Source of the DNA: Squalus acanthias
Lineage: Eukaryota
Length of the DNA: 64,000 nucleotides
Assembly (NCBI GenBank): GCA_030390025.1
Contig: CM059432.1
Coordinates: 40,736,001 to 40,800,000, forward strand
Direction of reading: 5' to 3'
In this document: positions 48,541 through 60,609 of the stretch, one piece after another
How the letters are laid out: each line of letters opens with the position of its first letter
How positions within the stretch are numbered: the first letter of the stretch is position 1
Program-made: the position numbers and the translations under genes
The notes under the pieces: generated by a model
Seen by the model: only the letters and a program-made list of their open reading frames with translations
Databases searched by the model: none
Told to the model about the DNA's origin: nothing

Positions 48541-49979
48541 CGTGGGGTGCACATTTTGGCGAACGTGATGAGGTACACTCACCTTGAACCTCCAACAATG
48601 CCCTCACCAAACTTCACAGGAGCAGAGGGAGGTTGCTTCTTTATCATGGAACTGGTGGGCACCCGTGCCAATAGAGGAACACCCAAGGTGCCTGCCTACA
48701 GAAGAGATTGGAAAGTCTGGCAGAAAGGTGGCCAGCCAGGGGAGGGGTGCTGGGTTCCCTCCCCCCACAACATCTTTAGGTTGTCCTCAATGGCCCCCTT
48801 CGTAAGGGGACCAAAACAAAATACTTTCCTAAAAAAATTGGAACTCCCTTTCTTCAGGGGTCCAGGTTGAGGGAGCAGCCTGGACCCCCAGGTGGGCTCC
48901 ACTTCTCTGGTTAGTGTGTAAATATGCCCGGTACCTCCTCTGACTCTATGCCAGATCCATCTGAAGATGAACATGCGGGATCTCCCAACATAAGGAGTCC
49001 CTGCCCCTGGCCCTGCCCCCTCTTGTTTGGTGCGGGCAGAGGCTCCGTCCCCAACAAACCATCCTGGAATTCCCGATGTAAGGCCAGAACCCAGCACATT
49101 CAGGTCCCAGCCTATTTTCTGGCCTTTCTGGTGCACTCCTGCCATTACCTTGGCAGGAGTGCACTGAAAGGGCCAGAGCCTTTCCCCATCTGAGTGTTTT
49201 ATGACACAAATGCATCTGTCTGGCATTCGTCCTGTGACCCTTCTCCGGAACCACTAAACAGAGATAATCTCAAATAAAAACAGAAAGTGCTGGAAATACT
49301 CAGCAGGTCAGGCAGCATCTGTGGCGCGAAAAACAGAGTTAACATTTCATGCCGATGACTTTTGTCAACAAACCTTTTGTTTTTGTATTAGAGATAATCT
49401 CAAAGTAGCACACAAAGATTATCCTTTGAAAACAGAGATGGATGGCAGATGCAATACAGCTTTGTCCGTAAAACTACAAGATATTTGACACCTTCCTTTC
49501 TCCCACAACAGCAAAATTGTAGAGAAGCAGTAAATCGTAAATAGTTACGCGAAGAAATTCACCTTTCAAAGCAAAGACTCAGCTGAATGCAAGAGGCCTC
49601 CAATCCAGCTGTTTTTTTATATGGGAGTTGAGTGTCTGGAGCGCTTTCAGATGCTCCAAAAGTATTTTGGGGTCCTCCCTTAATTTGCATCAGTATTGCG
49701 GCCTTAATAAGCCTTGAGCAGAAATAGTGCGCAAGCTCCAAGCACCTTGTTTGCTTCTGGGTGGATTATTATAACCGGCATCTCCGCATCATGGATTATT
49801 ATAAACAGTGCACATCAGGAACTTAGAAGGCCTTAGTGCCCCATAATGCAGGGAGTCAGCACCGAATGTGCAATAGTAGAGTGGGCACACACCGCATTAT
49901 TAGCCCAGTGTGTCATGCCATATTAATACAGTCATTCTGACAGAATACAGTATATAGCACAATTCAGATATGTAGAGAG

Positions 49980-50415
49980 AACTTCAGTTATGTGGAAAGA
50001 CTAGAGAAGCTGTGATTGTTTTCCTTATAGTAGAGAAGGTGAAGGGGAGATTTAATAGTGTTGTTCAAAATTATGAGGGGTAAATAAGGAGAAATTGTTT
50101 CCACTGACAGGAGGGTCAGTAACCAGAGGACACAGATTTAAGGTAATTGGCAAAAGAACCAGAGGGGAGCTGAGGAGAAATTTTTTAACGCAGTGAGTTG
50201 TTATGTTCTGGAATGCACTGCCTGAAAAGGTGGTGGAAGCAAATTTAATAATAACTTTCAAAAGGGAATTGGATATATACTTGAAATGGAAAAACCTGCA
50301 CAGCTATGGTGGAAGAGCGAGGGAGTGGGACTAATTGGATAGCTCTTTCTAAGAGATGCACAGGCACAATGGGCCAAATGGCCTCCTTCTGTGCTGTTAA
50401 ATTTTATGACTCTAT
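49980..50415 (+). mobile_element. CR1 3' fragment; target of the Harbinger insertion
   Basis: ACCAGAGGACACAGATTTAAGG, TGGAATGCACTGCCTG, tail ...TATGACTCTAT. Confidence 0.88.
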
Positions 50416-50926
50416 GGGGTAAAAATTCAGTTGGTTGCGCCTCCCGTTAGCGCCTTAAGAGGGCGCTAATGGGGCGCAAAGCCGCTAACGCCCGGGCGCA
50501 GCGATGTTTGCGCCGCTCGGGAACTTAACTAGACATTGTGCGGCGGCGCTAAACTTTACCGCTGCGACCACCTGCGCGTGCAGATTGTGACGTCATTCCA
50601 TGGTGCAACGCCCTTGTGGCACCCCGGAGCGGAAATTGAGTGGCGCCCCCTGCCTTACCGCCTGGCGCATCCAACGACCGGAAGACTGGAACGCTATCAA
50701 TCGCTGTGGGGCTGGGGGGGGCGCTATTTAAAGGAGGCCTCTTCCTGTCTTTTTCTGTGGTGGACATTTTTGCACCACTCGTTCTGAGAGAGAGAGAGAG
50801 ATTCGGAGAGAGAGAAAGAGAGACTTCTGCATTGACTCAACGCTTTGTGAGGTAGTTTTGCCTACTGATCCTAACTTCGCTAGTACTTTAGTTGCTGTCC
50901 TTCATTACTTTGCTTGCAAAGAGACT

Positions 50927-52087
50927 ATGGGGGCTGCACTGATTGGGGGCGTCGTCCTGCTCCAGCTGAATCGGAGGACACAGAGACGCAGAGAGAGAGT
51001 GGCAATGATGGCCAGACGGAGGAGGGCCAACAGGCGTATGTACAGGAGAGCTTACCCTCCCAGGGTATATCGTGAACAGCTCTCCTACCTTCATATGTCT
51101 GAGGAGCTGTGTTTGCGAAGGCTGCGATTCAGCAAGGAGGTGGTCACTGAGCTCTGCCACCTGCTGCAGCCAGATCTGCAGCCTCAACTGAGGTCCAGGA
51201 CGTCTCTGTCGGTGGCAGTGAAGGTCACAGTGGCTCTCAACTTCTACGCTACTGGTTCATTTCAAGCTGCTGCTGGGGACCTCGCCAATATCTCCCAGTT
51301 CGCGGTGCATTGCTGCATCCGGCAGGTCACAAATGCCCTCTTTAAAAGGAGACGAGAGTTCATCTCTTTCCCCATGACCCCAGACAAGCAGCGTGACCGC
51401 GCTCTGGGCTTTGCGAGGGTAGCGGGCTTCCCCATGGTGCAGGGCGCCATTGACTGCATGCATGTGGCTTTGCGTGCTCCGCATGAGAATGCCGAGGAAT
51501 TCCGGAACAGAAAGGGGTTCCATTCCTTGAATGTTCAGTTGGTCTGTGACCACAGACAGCTGATACTCGCTGTCAATGCCCACTATCCTGGCAGCTGCCA
51601 CGATGCTTTTATCCTGCGCCAGACTACTGTGGCAGAACTTTTCGAGGCACCGCATCAGCCAGTTGGTTGGCTTCTCGGGGACAAGGGGTATGCATTGAGC
51701 ACCTGGCTGATGACACCGCTCCGTACGTCCAACACCCCTGCTGAGCTGCGGTACAATGAAAGCCATCAAGCTACCAGGAACATAATTGAGCGCACAATCG
51801 GCGTGCTGAAGCAACGGTTCCGCTGTCTCGACCATTCTGGAGGAGCCCTGCAGTACTCGCCTGAGCGAGTATCCAACTTCGTAGTTGTGTGCTGCATGTT
51901 GCATAACATGGCAATCCTCAGGACCCAGCCAATGCCACCAGGCCTTGGAGCACCACCAGAGGAGGAGGAGGAAGAGGAGGAAGAGGACGAGGAGGATGAT
52001 CATCAGCAGCACCAAGGTGGGAGGGCGGCCCACAATGGTGAAACTGCAAGGGCCGTCCGTCAACGGCTAATAGCAAGCCGCTTCTAG
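50927..52087 (+). CDS. Harbinger (HARBI1-like) DDE transposase, 386 aa
   Basis: GFPMVQGAIDCMH, FRNRKGFHSLNVQLVCD, PGSCHDAFIL, WLLGDKGY, YNESHQATRNIIERTIGVLKQRFRCL, CCMLHN; no stops; TATTTAAA upstream at about 50725. Confidence 0.95.
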   Translation: MGAALIGGVVLLQLNRRTQRRRERVAMMARRRRANRRMYRRAYPPRVYREQLSYLHMSEELCLRRLRFSKEVVTELCHLLQPDLQPQLRSRTSLSVAVKVTVALNFYATGSFQAAAGDLANISQFAVHCCIRQVTNALFKRRREFISFPMTPDKQRDRALGFARVAGFPMVQGAIDCMHVALRAPHENAEEFRNRKGFHSLNVQLVCDHRQLILAVNAHYPGSCHDAFILRQTTVAELFEAPHQPVGWLLGDKGYALSTWLMTPLRTSNTPAELRYNESHQATRNIIERTIGVLKQRFRCLDHSGGALQYSPERVSNFVVVCCMLHNMAILRTQPMPPGLGAPPEEEEEEEEEDEEDDHQQHQGGRAAHNGETARAVRQRLIASRF

Positions 52088-52399
52088 GGCCCCTGCTGTG
52101 GAAATGGCTTCTGCCATTGCTAACAACATCAATGAACCCAGCACGCAACCCCTAAGCCGGCCAAGGCACCAATAATTCCAACCACCAACCATGTATATTT
52201 TGAATACAGAAACTTATTTATTTTACAAACTCTGTGTGTGTCAATTCCTCATGACAAACTCATAGAAATAAACACAAAAAAACAGTCAATAACATAACTG
52301 GTTCTCACAACCTGGAGATAATGTCCAAAACACTAAACAAAAGTTGGACCATGAACCTCGACCTTTAATAAAAAAATGACCAGCATTTTGTCACACCTC

Positions 52400-53376
52400 C
52401 TACTTTTTGCCCTTCGAGGGTGATCTCCTTCCCTTGCGCACTTCCCCCCTTCTAACCCTACTGCTCCTCCGTAATGGGACCTCAGTGGCTGCAGCAAGGC
52501 TGGTGGAAGGCTGCTGCTCGTCAGACCCTGACACTGCAGATGCCCCTGAAGGACGGCCTCGACCAGTTCTGGGCCTGGAGGGCCCGGCTGCAGACTGCAC
52601 CAACTCTGCATGGGCGGCAGCAGTCTGTCCTACAGGCGGTGGCAAGTGCAGTGGAGAAGTGACAGTGTTGGCAGCAGGAATGCTGTCATCGTGAGAGAGG
52701 ACAGCAACTCCCTGCTCGCCCGACACACTGGCACTCCCACGGGGCAGCACTTCAGCATCCGGAGCAATCTGCTGGAGCACAGATTGCTGGCCTGCTGCGG
52801 CGCGGTGACAGCCCCGGGGACATGTGAACGAACCATCGAGGTTGGCAGCAGTCTGTGCTCGCGTGGCCTCAATCTGAGTCTGCATGAGAGCAGTCAGAGA
52901 TGGGATCACGGCAGCCAGTGACTGAATTGCAGCACTAAGCGTTAGTGTGGCATCCGCCTGTGCTACAGCGAAGTGCTCCACACTCCTTGCCAGTGACTCA
53001 ATGCATTCGGGCACCCTTCCCACTGCACCCATGAGCTCAGTGTGCATGCCCACCGCCTGGGTGTTCATTTCTGCGATCAGCCGCTCCTCCTCTGCGTCCA
53101 TTGCAGTAGGAGTGTCTGGCATACTCTCCCTCTGGGGAGAAGGCCCCCGTTCTTCCCTACCCCCATGGCGTTGCTGCAGCCCGCTGGGTCCTGGAGCTTC
53201 ACCCTCATCAGACCCTTCCCCCCTGCTCCCCTCCAGGGAAGGCGTGTTCCCAGTGTGGGCATGGGCTTCCTCGGGAGAGGGTGGCACTGATGCTCCGGCT
53301 TCCTCTTCCTCCTCGGCTGCAGCTTCACTCCCAGTGGCAGCTTCAGGGCCCGTCTCCTCAGCTGGTGAATCACCAT
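52400..53376 (-). CDS. Harbinger Myb/SANT-like protein, exon 3
   Basis: CTCCCTGCTTTCAG acceptor joins in frame to ORF 52400-53287; 237+163+977 = 1377 nt = 458 aa plus stop; basic C-terminus. Confidence 0.82.
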
Positions 53377-53535
53377 CTGAAAGCAGGGAGGTACAAGAGT
53401 GGCTTTAGCGTGAGGACAGGGTGGCAGTAAGGGAGGAATAAGTGCAGCGAGTTAGCAAGTTGGATTGAAAGTGTCAAAGGCTGGTGTTGTGAGGGACAAG
53501 TGGAAGGACAGAGGACAAAAAGATGATGACCTTAC

Positions 53536-53698
53536 CATTGCTGTCCAGAACGGGGTCGGCGTCTCCAGTGGCGACGGGACCGATCACCCGGCTTGCCACA
53601 ATCCTGTGGACGCGCTCCTCAAGATCGCTGAGGGGTTGCAGCTGAGGCCGCCCTCCACCTGTCCGTTGCTGCTGTCTCCGATTATGCGCCAGCTTGGC
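53536..53698 (-). CDS. Harbinger Myb/SANT-like protein, exon 2
   Basis: CTTTTTCTTACAG acceptor; AKLAHNRRQQQRTGGGRPQLQPLSDLEERV...; GTAAG donor (phase 1). Confidence 0.88.
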
Positions 53699-53732
53699 CT
53701 GTAAGAAAAAGGACAGCATCTGAGTAAATATA

Positions 53733-53950
53733 CAGCCATGGTCTTGCCTGATGTGCCTCCCATAGGTGAATAGCCCTTACTGTATGCAGCCATGGTCTTG
53801 CCTGATGTGCCTCCCATAGGTGAATAGCCCTTACTGTATGCAGCCATGGTCTTGCCTGATGTGCCTCCCATAGGTGAATAGCCCTTACTGTATGCAGCCA
53901 TGGTCTTGCCTGATGTGCCTCCCATAGGTGAATAGCCCTTACTGTATGCA
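53733..53950. repeat. Perfect 54-bp tandem repeat x4 in intron 1 of the Myb gene
   Basis: CAGCCATGGTCTTGCCTGATGTGCCTCCCATAGGTGAATAGCCCTTACTGTATG repeated four times. Confidence 0.97.
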
Positions 53951-54090
53951 AAGTGTGGAATGTGTGTGTGTGTTTCATGAAAGGGCCATAGGTGTTGGAT
54001 GAGTGTTGTGCATTGGGGTTTTAAGACCCTCTGGCCATAGAGTGAGGTTGAGATGGAGGGATGGAGAGGTATTGAGAAAAAGCCACTCAC

Positions 54091-54327
54091 CCTGACGACC
54101 CGAGTGAGGTCGTTGAACTTTTTGCGGCATTGAGTATGGGTCCTGGGCACCATGCTCCTGGAGGAGACGCTCTGAGCCACCTCCCTCCACACTCTTCTGT
54201 ACTCGCGTGGCAAAGGCCTCCTGCCACTCTCAGGGAAGAGTATACATCTTCTGCGCTCCACCGCGCCAACCAGAGCATCCAAGGCCCGCTCGGTGAAGCG
54301 ATGAGCTCGTTCTCTCACCCTCTCCAT
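54091..54327 (-). CDS. Harbinger Myb/SANT-like DNA-binding protein, exon 1
   Basis: MERVRERAHRFTERALDALVGAVERRRCILF...WREVAQSVSS...RTHTQCRKKFNDLTRVVR, then GTGAGT donor (phase 0). Confidence 0.9.
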
Positions 54328-55305
54328 CCTTGGCAGCAAAATGGATTCACAGGTCTCTCCAGGTCGAGATTCAAGGCTGCAATGAGCAGGGTGTGGCTGG
54401 GGAGCAAGTTGGCCCCCCCCACTTTAAGAAGTGGCCGGCGCCAGTGTGTCTGTGTTCCCTCGCTAACTGGCAGCAGCTGCGCTGCGCTCGCGCGCTGAGT
54501 TAGCGCCTCACTGCTCGGCCTTTGCGCCTTAAGACAGGTGTGCAGCGCCTGATTTAGCGCTCCACTCACCTCCTGGGGCGGTAAAAGTGAAGTTTCCAGT
54601 CAGTGGCGACAATTAGCGCCAGGCGCTAATATTTGCGTCCAGACGATATTTGCGCCCCAAATGGGGCGCAACCTAATTTTTCCCCCCAATGAGTACACTT
54701 AATTTGTACCAACACTAGGGGTCAGTGGAGAGCTTCATATCGCAAAAGCAAAATATTGCAGATATTGGAAATCTGAAATAAAATCTGTAAATGCTGGAAA
54801 CACTCGGCAGGTAATTTTTTTCTGTTTTGTACCCAGAAGCACTTATTTCCTGGGCATAAAGCAGAGAAAAAAGGGTCAGATATTGTATCTCCATTCCTCT
54901 TCTGTTGCCCCAGGATATCTGAGGGGGGACAAAGTACCTGCAGTCGGTACAGGTTAAGGTTTGCCATGGTAATTAGACTCATTTTTTCTCCTAACCCCAG
55001 AAAGTTGCCCATTTGCGGGGGGCGGGATGGTGGTGGGGGGGGGGGGAGCGGGTGTGGTGCCCAAAAGCAGTGGGCCTCAGGCCCTGTGCTCAGCTTCTTT
55101 CTGATCGGAGGATCAGAGAGGAACAAGCAGCAAAGACCAGCGGAAACAAGGTAAGCCCTTTTACTCTTCCAGGGACATGTATCAGGGCTAGGTGTTTTCT
55201 GACTGTTGTTTTTGGACATCAGCCAGAAGGCCTTGTTGCTCCAGTCCTCCCTTGCTTCCAGGCACAAGGCCTTGCCAGGAGGTGGGACTGTGCTGAGGGA
55301 GTGTC

Positions 55306-55738
55306 TTTTGTTTTATTCGTTCATGGAATGTGGGCATCGCTGGCAAGGCCAGCATTTATTGCCCATCCCTAATTGCCCTTGAGAAGGTGGTGGTGAGCCG
55401 CCTTCTTGAACCGCTGCAGTCCGTGTGGTGAAGGTACTCCCACAGTGCTGTTAGGGAGGGAGTTCCAGGATTTTGACCCAGCGATGATGAAGGAACGACG
55501 ATATACTTCTAAGTCAGGATGGTGTGTGACATGGAGGGGAACTTGGAGGTGGTGGTGTTCCCACATGCCTAGTGCCCTTGTCCTTCTAGGTGGCAGAGGT
55601 CGCGGGTTTGGTAGGTGCTGCCGAAGAAGCCGTGGCGAGTTGCTGCAGTGCATCTTGTAGATGGTGCACACTGCAGTCACGGTGCGCCGGTGGTGGAGGG
55701 AGTGAATGTTTAAGGTGGTGGATGGGGTGCCAATCAAG
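55306..55738 (-). mobile_element. LINE 3' end of a third family (clade not assigned)
   Basis: LNIHSLHHRRTVTAVCTIYKM...SFIIAGSKSWNSLP...FKKAAHHHL, a typical non-LTR ORF2 C-terminus, with an A-rich tail. Confidence 0.75.
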
Positions 55739-55869
55739 TTTGACTTATGTAAGTAACCTGAACCTGGCAATATAGGCAGGTTCATATCATTGTAGGTGGA
55801 GTGTACTTTGGGTGGATAAGAGACAGGAATATTGGCCATAGAGTTTTAAAAACATCTGGTGTTACCTTC

Positions 55870-56250
55870 TGCACATTCACAGGATTACAAGGTAAAAATG
55901 GATGATCAAGAACATTCAGCCCAGTTTAACTCATCCTTCCAGAAAGATCCTACAACACCCCTTGCCCTATTACAGTATCCAATTGATTCTTAAACTATTC
56001 CAGCTGTTTTTACCTCCAGTACCTGACCCAGAAGTCCATTTAATTTGTTGATGTCTGTGTGAAGAAAAACTTCCTGACATCAGTCCTAACTACCTTTTGC
56101 TAGTTTAAACCTGTCGCCCCTTGACCTACTCTCAGGGATAGTTCGAAGTGATTTTCCGGAACTATCTTTACAATATAATTTACGATCTGATATCGGTCAC
56201 ATCTGAGTCACCTCCTGTCAAGGCTGGGATGCCCACGTTTCTCTAGAGTT
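55870..56250 (-). mobile_element. Highly decayed CR1 3' fragment
   Basis: TGTGTGAAGAAAAACTTCCTG, TTTAAACCTGTCGCCCCTTG resemble the reverse-complement CR1 3' region. Confidence 0.55.
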
Positions 56251-57474
56251 TCCTCATATGTTAACTTGCATTTACCATTAATTGCCATATGCTACCACCA
56301 CTTATGGTGATTGCCATTCCCCCTTCTTTAAATCCACATGATAGTAAACATGACTATAATTAAAAATGTTGAAGAAAATAAACAAAATCAGTCTGATTCT
56401 GTGGAAGGAACCTCCACAGAGTCGGCTTCAGAAGTAGCAAATCAACCAAAGCGGCAGAGGACATCCCCGAGCACATTTCCAGCTCCATCCGCCACAGATC
56501 TGTTGGAAAATTGGTGCGATGGGACCAGAAAGCCGAGGCCATCATGTCTTGCTTCACTTATCTGAGGCTTCTTTCACCTGGTGTCCAGAAACCTCTTATC
56601 AGAAAGAGAAGTAAAATATTCTTCCCAATCCCCCTTCCTTCCACTGAGTGATATATTTAGTGTAATGGAAATCAAAGGGCAAACCTTCTGAGCAGCTGGC
56701 TCAAGACCAATGTTGACTGAGGCAGGGGACTGTGTCCTGCTACTTCCTATTAATTAATAATTCCTTCTAACCAAAACCTCTGAATTTCTACAAGTTCACT
56801 CCACAACACTTCCAATTTAAGTCACAGCTAGTCTGCCTATTTTTCAGCAATCCTGCAGGTACATTTAAGAATGGGGTTGCTTTTTTATCATAATTCCTCC
56901 TTTCACAGATATCACTGTATGCAGTTTAACTGAATTTTAATCAGACTCTGCTCAACTTGGAACTTTGGAATTTTCCTTTCTCCTTTCTTTGCTTGCTCCA
57001 GAACTGGCCTTAGAACGAAACACTAGTCTAAGATCCAGTAAAGCTAGTTCTTCCTACCCTTTCCTTTCCATTCGCTTTGTAGTGCTGTCCTGTGTTTCTT
57101 TTCCACCTGTATATATCTTAATATTTTATTTAAATAGGAGTTGCAGCATGCAGGGTAGTTGTGAGATCACATTGTTCATGTAGTTTAGCTTTCACTTTAA
57201 CCATCACTTTAACCATCTGAAAACTGTCACTTTAACCATCCAAAACCATAACAATACGAGCAGGTGTTTACACCTCTCTAACTCTGATTACATTTTCTTC
57301 ATTACCCGACTTGCAACAATTTATTTAAGAGAAAGGATAATCTCTAATACATGATAGCTGTGGGATTGTACATCAACGTTTCCAAAATACTGACACGTTC
57401 CTTTCTTTCACTGAAAGTATGTAAACAAATCAGACATAATTGCAGAACGCCAACTTTGATCTACCTTTACCACC

Positions 57475-57655
57475 AGAATAGAAATTACAACGTGGAAACA
57501 GACCATTTGACCCATGTTGGTGTTTAAACTCTGCACAGGCAGTAGTCATAATCCCAGGCGCCTGCCCTGTTCCATATCTCTTTATCCCCCTTTCCTTCAA
57601 CCATCTATCTAACCTATTCTTAAATGTTGACACGGTTTCTGCTTTAATCACTAAT
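57475..57655 (-). mobile_element. CR1 3' tail
   Basis: AETVSTFKNRLDRWL. Confidence 0.7.
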
Positions 57656-57660
57656 TGGGT

Positions 57661-58735
57661 GTCAGCCATGGCTCAGTGGTAGCACCATCGCCTCTGAGTC
57701 AGAAGGTTGTGGGTTCACGTTCCACTCCAGAGACATGAGCACGTGATATAGGCTGACACTCCAGTGCAGTACTGAAGGAGTGCTGGACTGTCGGAGGGGC
57801 TGTCTTTTGGATGAGGCGTTAAATCGAGACCCTGTCTGCTCTCTCAAGTGGATGTAAAAGATCCCATGGCATTATTTCCAAGAAGAGCAGGGGAGTTCTC
57901 TCCGGTGTCAATATTTATCTCTCAACCAACATCACTAAAGCAGATTATCAAATTGTGGGACCTCGCTGTGCCCAAATTGGTTGCTGCGTTTCCCTACCGT
58001 ACAATAGTGACTACAATTCAAAAAATGTAATTAGCTGTAAAGTGCTTTGGCACGGGTTTATTTCAAGAGGTATAGAATTGAAAAGTAGGGAAGTTATGTT
58101 AAACCTGTATCGAACCTTGGTTAGACCACACTTAGAGTACTGTGTACAGTTCTGGTCGCCATATTATAAAAAGGATATAGAGGCACTGGAGAGGGTACAG
58201 AGAAGATTTACAAGGATGATACCAGAAATGAGAGGGTATACATATCAGGAAAGGATGAACAGGCTGGGTCTCTTTTCTCTTGAAAAAAGAAGGCTGAGAG
58301 ATGACCTAATAGAGGTCTTTAACATTATGAAAGGTTTTGATAGAGTGGATGCAGAGAGAATGTTTCCATTTGTGGGGAAGAGCATAACTAGAGGCCATCA
58401 ATATAAGATAGTCACCAAGAAATCAAATAGGGAATTCAGAAGAAACTTCTTTACCGAAAGAGTGGTGAGAATGTGGAACTCGCTACCACAGGGAGTGGTT
58501 GAAGCGAATAGTATAGATGCATTTAAGGGGAGGTAGACAAGCATATGAGGGAGAAGGAATAGAGGGTTATGCTGATAGATTTAGATGAGGAAAGACGGGT
58601 GGAGGCTCAAGTGGAGCATAAACGCTGGCATGGACTGGTTTGGCCGAATGGCCTGTTTCTGTGCCATATATCCTATGTAATCATATGTAGTCCTGAGGTC
58701 ATGAAAGGCGCTATATAAATGCAAGTTCTTCTTCT
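57661..58735 (+). mobile_element. Deu-domain SINE (57661-58050 and 58690-58735) split by a CR1
   Basis: TGTAAAGTGCTTTGG resumes as GTCCTGAGGTCATGAAAGGCGCTATATAAATGCAAG after the CR1. Confidence 0.88.
58051..58689 (+). mobile_element. CR1 3' fragment nested in a SINE
   Basis: GFISRGIELKSREVML...RPHLEYCVQFWSPY...WNSLP. Confidence 0.92.
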
Positions 58736-58854
58736 AATTCTGGTAGCCTCACAACATAAAAGAAGAAAATATGAAAACTCTAAATGGATAATTTGGGGAG
58801 GATTCTAACCTTTTTCCGTTTTTAAAACTTAACCTTACAGAGTTAGTATGAACT

Positions 58855-59205
58855 TTTTCTTTCCTCTCCTGAAGACACTGACTTATCTTGGGGTACAATT
58901 CTACAGGCACTGCCCATCCTCCAGTACCTTGCCCAAGTGAAAATTCTTCATTGAGAAGCCTAAACAGTTAGTATTGGCAGGTTATTTGACCATAGCAGTT
59001 GTCACAGCCCAATCTTCTTCCTTTCTGATGTCCACATGTGCACTTTCCAGCAGAGATCACTGGATAGTAATTAGGATCAGGACCCTTATTGATTTTCTCC
59101 CCTTCTGTAGCCCAGGTTCTGGAGGCCAATTGTAGTACCTCTACTATCTTCCAAGCTGAGATCAGCTAACTTAAGACAATGGAGGGGTCAACCCAAGACC
59201 TTTCA
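58855..59205 (-). mobile_element. AmnSINE2-like old SINE
   Basis: CTCTCCTGAAG, CCAGTACCTTGCCCAAGTG, GGCCAATTGTAG, CTGAGATCAGCTAAC. Confidence 0.6.
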
Positions 59206-59315
59206 GTGATGCTTCGCACAGTCAAATATGCCTGCCAGCACTCACCATCTGGGCTTGCACATGAAGAATGGTCATTTGGGTAAACCTACTGGGCTCGCAG
59301 TACAATTAGCACAAT

Positions 59316-59896
59316 GGCCTAGAAATTGGATTGCACCCAAATTAGAGTACCAATGTATTGCCTTCATGCACGAACTTTAGTCACATGAGTTAACGGATGG
59401 TTGCCACAAAACACTGGTGACAGCATTTGTGCAAAATATTTGCTATATAAATGCTGTTCATAATTTTTTAAATATCTACTAAATCTCTTAGCTTTTCTGC
59501 ACACACCTAATGAGGCCAGCAGCAGGACCATGCCAAATTGTTTCTCAGCCTCATTACTATAGCACCAGTGTGGTGGGGGCACCAGTCGGGGCTCCTGCTC
59601 CTCCCAGCTCCATATTTAGGAAAAGTATTTTTTTTTAAACGTACCTTTTTTGGTGGCGGCCTTCAGGGGTCCATCGCCTTCTGAATTCAGGGCAAACCAA
59701 TTTCTGGTTCGGGTCCTAAAACAGGCGTTTTGCCCCTTATTAGCATATTCAAGGTGCTGGACACCAGCCGCCAGGGCTGTCTCTACAGAACCTGATCCAA
59801 TATGGCATTGGATGTTTTTCTGGCCCCTTAAATTGGCCCCCTTTGCACTCGTTTTCCGCATGGTAAACAGGTGGAACAAGGTCCAATTTCACCCCC
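59316..59896. mobile_element. Harbinger-type MITE with AAT TSD
   Basis: AAT|GGCCTAGAAATTGG...CCAATTTCACCCCC|AAT. Confidence 0.65.
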
Positions 59897-60609
59897 AATG
59901 TGTCTGACAAAATGATCACCTTGAGGAGAAAGAGAAAAAGTTGAAGCAGTAAAAGAGAGCTGCAGCTAAAGAAACAGAAAATACTGGATCCACATCAACA
60001 ACTTTAAATTCTGCATTATTTACTGAAAGAATGTGTACCCTATGGTTGGCATATATTCTTCGGTATTCTTCCAGTCTTTAGTGTTGACCAATTACTTCAG
60101 GACATTTCAGTCCATTAACTCGGATAAATTAAAGAGATAAAAACAGGTTAAGATTCTTTATTTTAGTGAATGTACAGCAGAGCTCTTCAACATGTAAATA
60201 TAATGGTGATGATAGTAGTAGAGAGGACCACCCATCGTATGTCTGAGGGAGATGTATTTGGGTATGGGCTTGGTGCAGATATCCAACAAGAAGGAACCAA
60301 CAGATAACTAACTATCTGTATTCCAAAAACAGCATTTAGGCTGGTGAAAAAACAAAACAAACAAAAAAAACTATGCAGAAAGGAAAGGCGTTACCTTTCC
60401 CACCCTGTGTTAATTGCTATGTTTGCAGGGAAAGTGTAGTTTTATTACCCGCACCAAGTCAGTTTACTCCTTCTATTGCTTTTCGCAGATTGTTGTCACT
60501 GTGATTATACCTGCCAGTGTGAGAAGGAAATATTGGGCTTGAGTTTTCCATCCCCTCGTCCAACAAGCATAGTTTGATTTAATTCTTGGAAATGAAGTAG
60601 GATAAATAA

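Larger units (their letters stand above)
50416..54687. mobile_element. Full-length, apparently autonomous PIF/Harbinger DNA transposon
   Basis: TIRs GGGGTAAAAATT...GGTTGCGCC / GGCGCAACCTAATTTTTCCCCCC; flanks TAT and AAT; subterminal TTAGCGCC/GCGCC clusters; convergent transposase and Myb/SANT genes. Confidence 0.93.

Noticed and set aside
50858..50926. N-terminal extension of the transposase ORF
   Set aside because: TTG start; first ATG is 50927
51257..52063. 268-aa antisense ORF
   Set aside because: Shadow of the GC-rich transposase frame with no recognisable motifs
50927..52087. Host HARBI1 gene
   Set aside because: Flanked by TIRs, paired with a Myb gene and inserted in a CR1 tail, so it is a transposon copy and no gene symbol was given
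53733..53950. Regular repeat array resembling a CRISPR or a repeat protein
   Set aside because: Units are contiguous with no unique spacers, the context is eukaryotic, and it lies in a GT-AG intron
56338..56565. 75-aa ORF with a plausible composition
   Set aside because: No recognisable homology or splice support
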